A stretch of 64,000 bases of DNA, taken from contig CM121341.1 of the NCBI GenBank assembly GCA_051530055.1, positions 18,764,784 to 18,828,783 of the forward strand, given 5' to 3'. Every line of letters starts with the position of its first letter. The stretch's first letter is position 1. The position numbers and the translations under genes were made by a program. Positions 63,786-64,000 of the stretch are shown here, piece by piece. Below the pieces are notes generated by a model that saw only the letters and a program-made list of their open reading frames with translations, did no database searches and was not told the origin of the DNA. This DNA is from Neoechinorhynchus agilis. Lineage: Eukaryota; Animalia; Acanthocephala.

Positions 63786-63957
63786 TCATTCAATTTTAGT
63801 CAATCCCTTTCTTGTCCGGCTTGTTTATTTAGGCATGAAGCCAAACCAATTACATCAGAGAAGTGATATAACCACATCACTCCTCTGATGTAATTGGTTT
63901 GGCTTTATGCCTAAATAAATAAGCCGGACAAGAAAGGGATTGACTAAAATTGAATGA
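63786..63957. repeat. Near-perfect 82-bp-arm hairpin made from the 3' tail of the hammerhead SINE-like repeat
   Basis: Arms 63786-63867 and 63876-63957, loop ataaccac, three mismatches. The sequence matches 18896-19017. Confidence 0.9.
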
Positions 63958-64000
63958 TGATAACAATACCGGCTTGCCAGTAAAACTTAAAAAAATTAGG

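Overview
AT-rich, repeat-dense genomic DNA from an invertebrate animal with compact genes (canonical GT-AG introns of about 44-62 nt where I could place them; C4 nuclear-receptor zinc fingers present). Host genes: REEP/TB2-DP1-like (-), PIGB-like (-), a disrupted CNOT11-like gene (+), a bacterial-looking intronless MsrA (+), SMC5 (-) and DDRGK1 (+). A roughly 5 kb unit is tandemly repeated about 2.1 times; it carries a calmodulin-like EF-hand gene and a small nuclear receptor with two DNA-binding domains and no visible ligand-binding domain. The rest is mostly decayed retroelements: Ty3/Gypsy, RTE, L2/CR1-type LINEs, CRE-like RLE elements and Penelope-like elements. It also holds a 229-bp satellite derived from an RTE endonuclease exon and a 0.9 kb 28S rRNA fragment inserted in a LINE. 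The most striking observation is a five-copy dispersed repeat with a tRNA-like head. It contains all hammerhead ribozyme core elements in a non-circularly permuted order, and one copy (19062-19127, minus strand) has an intact core. Several minimal Penelope-type hammerheads are also present. All family assignments come from motif recognition by eye, and repeat boundaries are approximate unless a target-site duplication is quoted.
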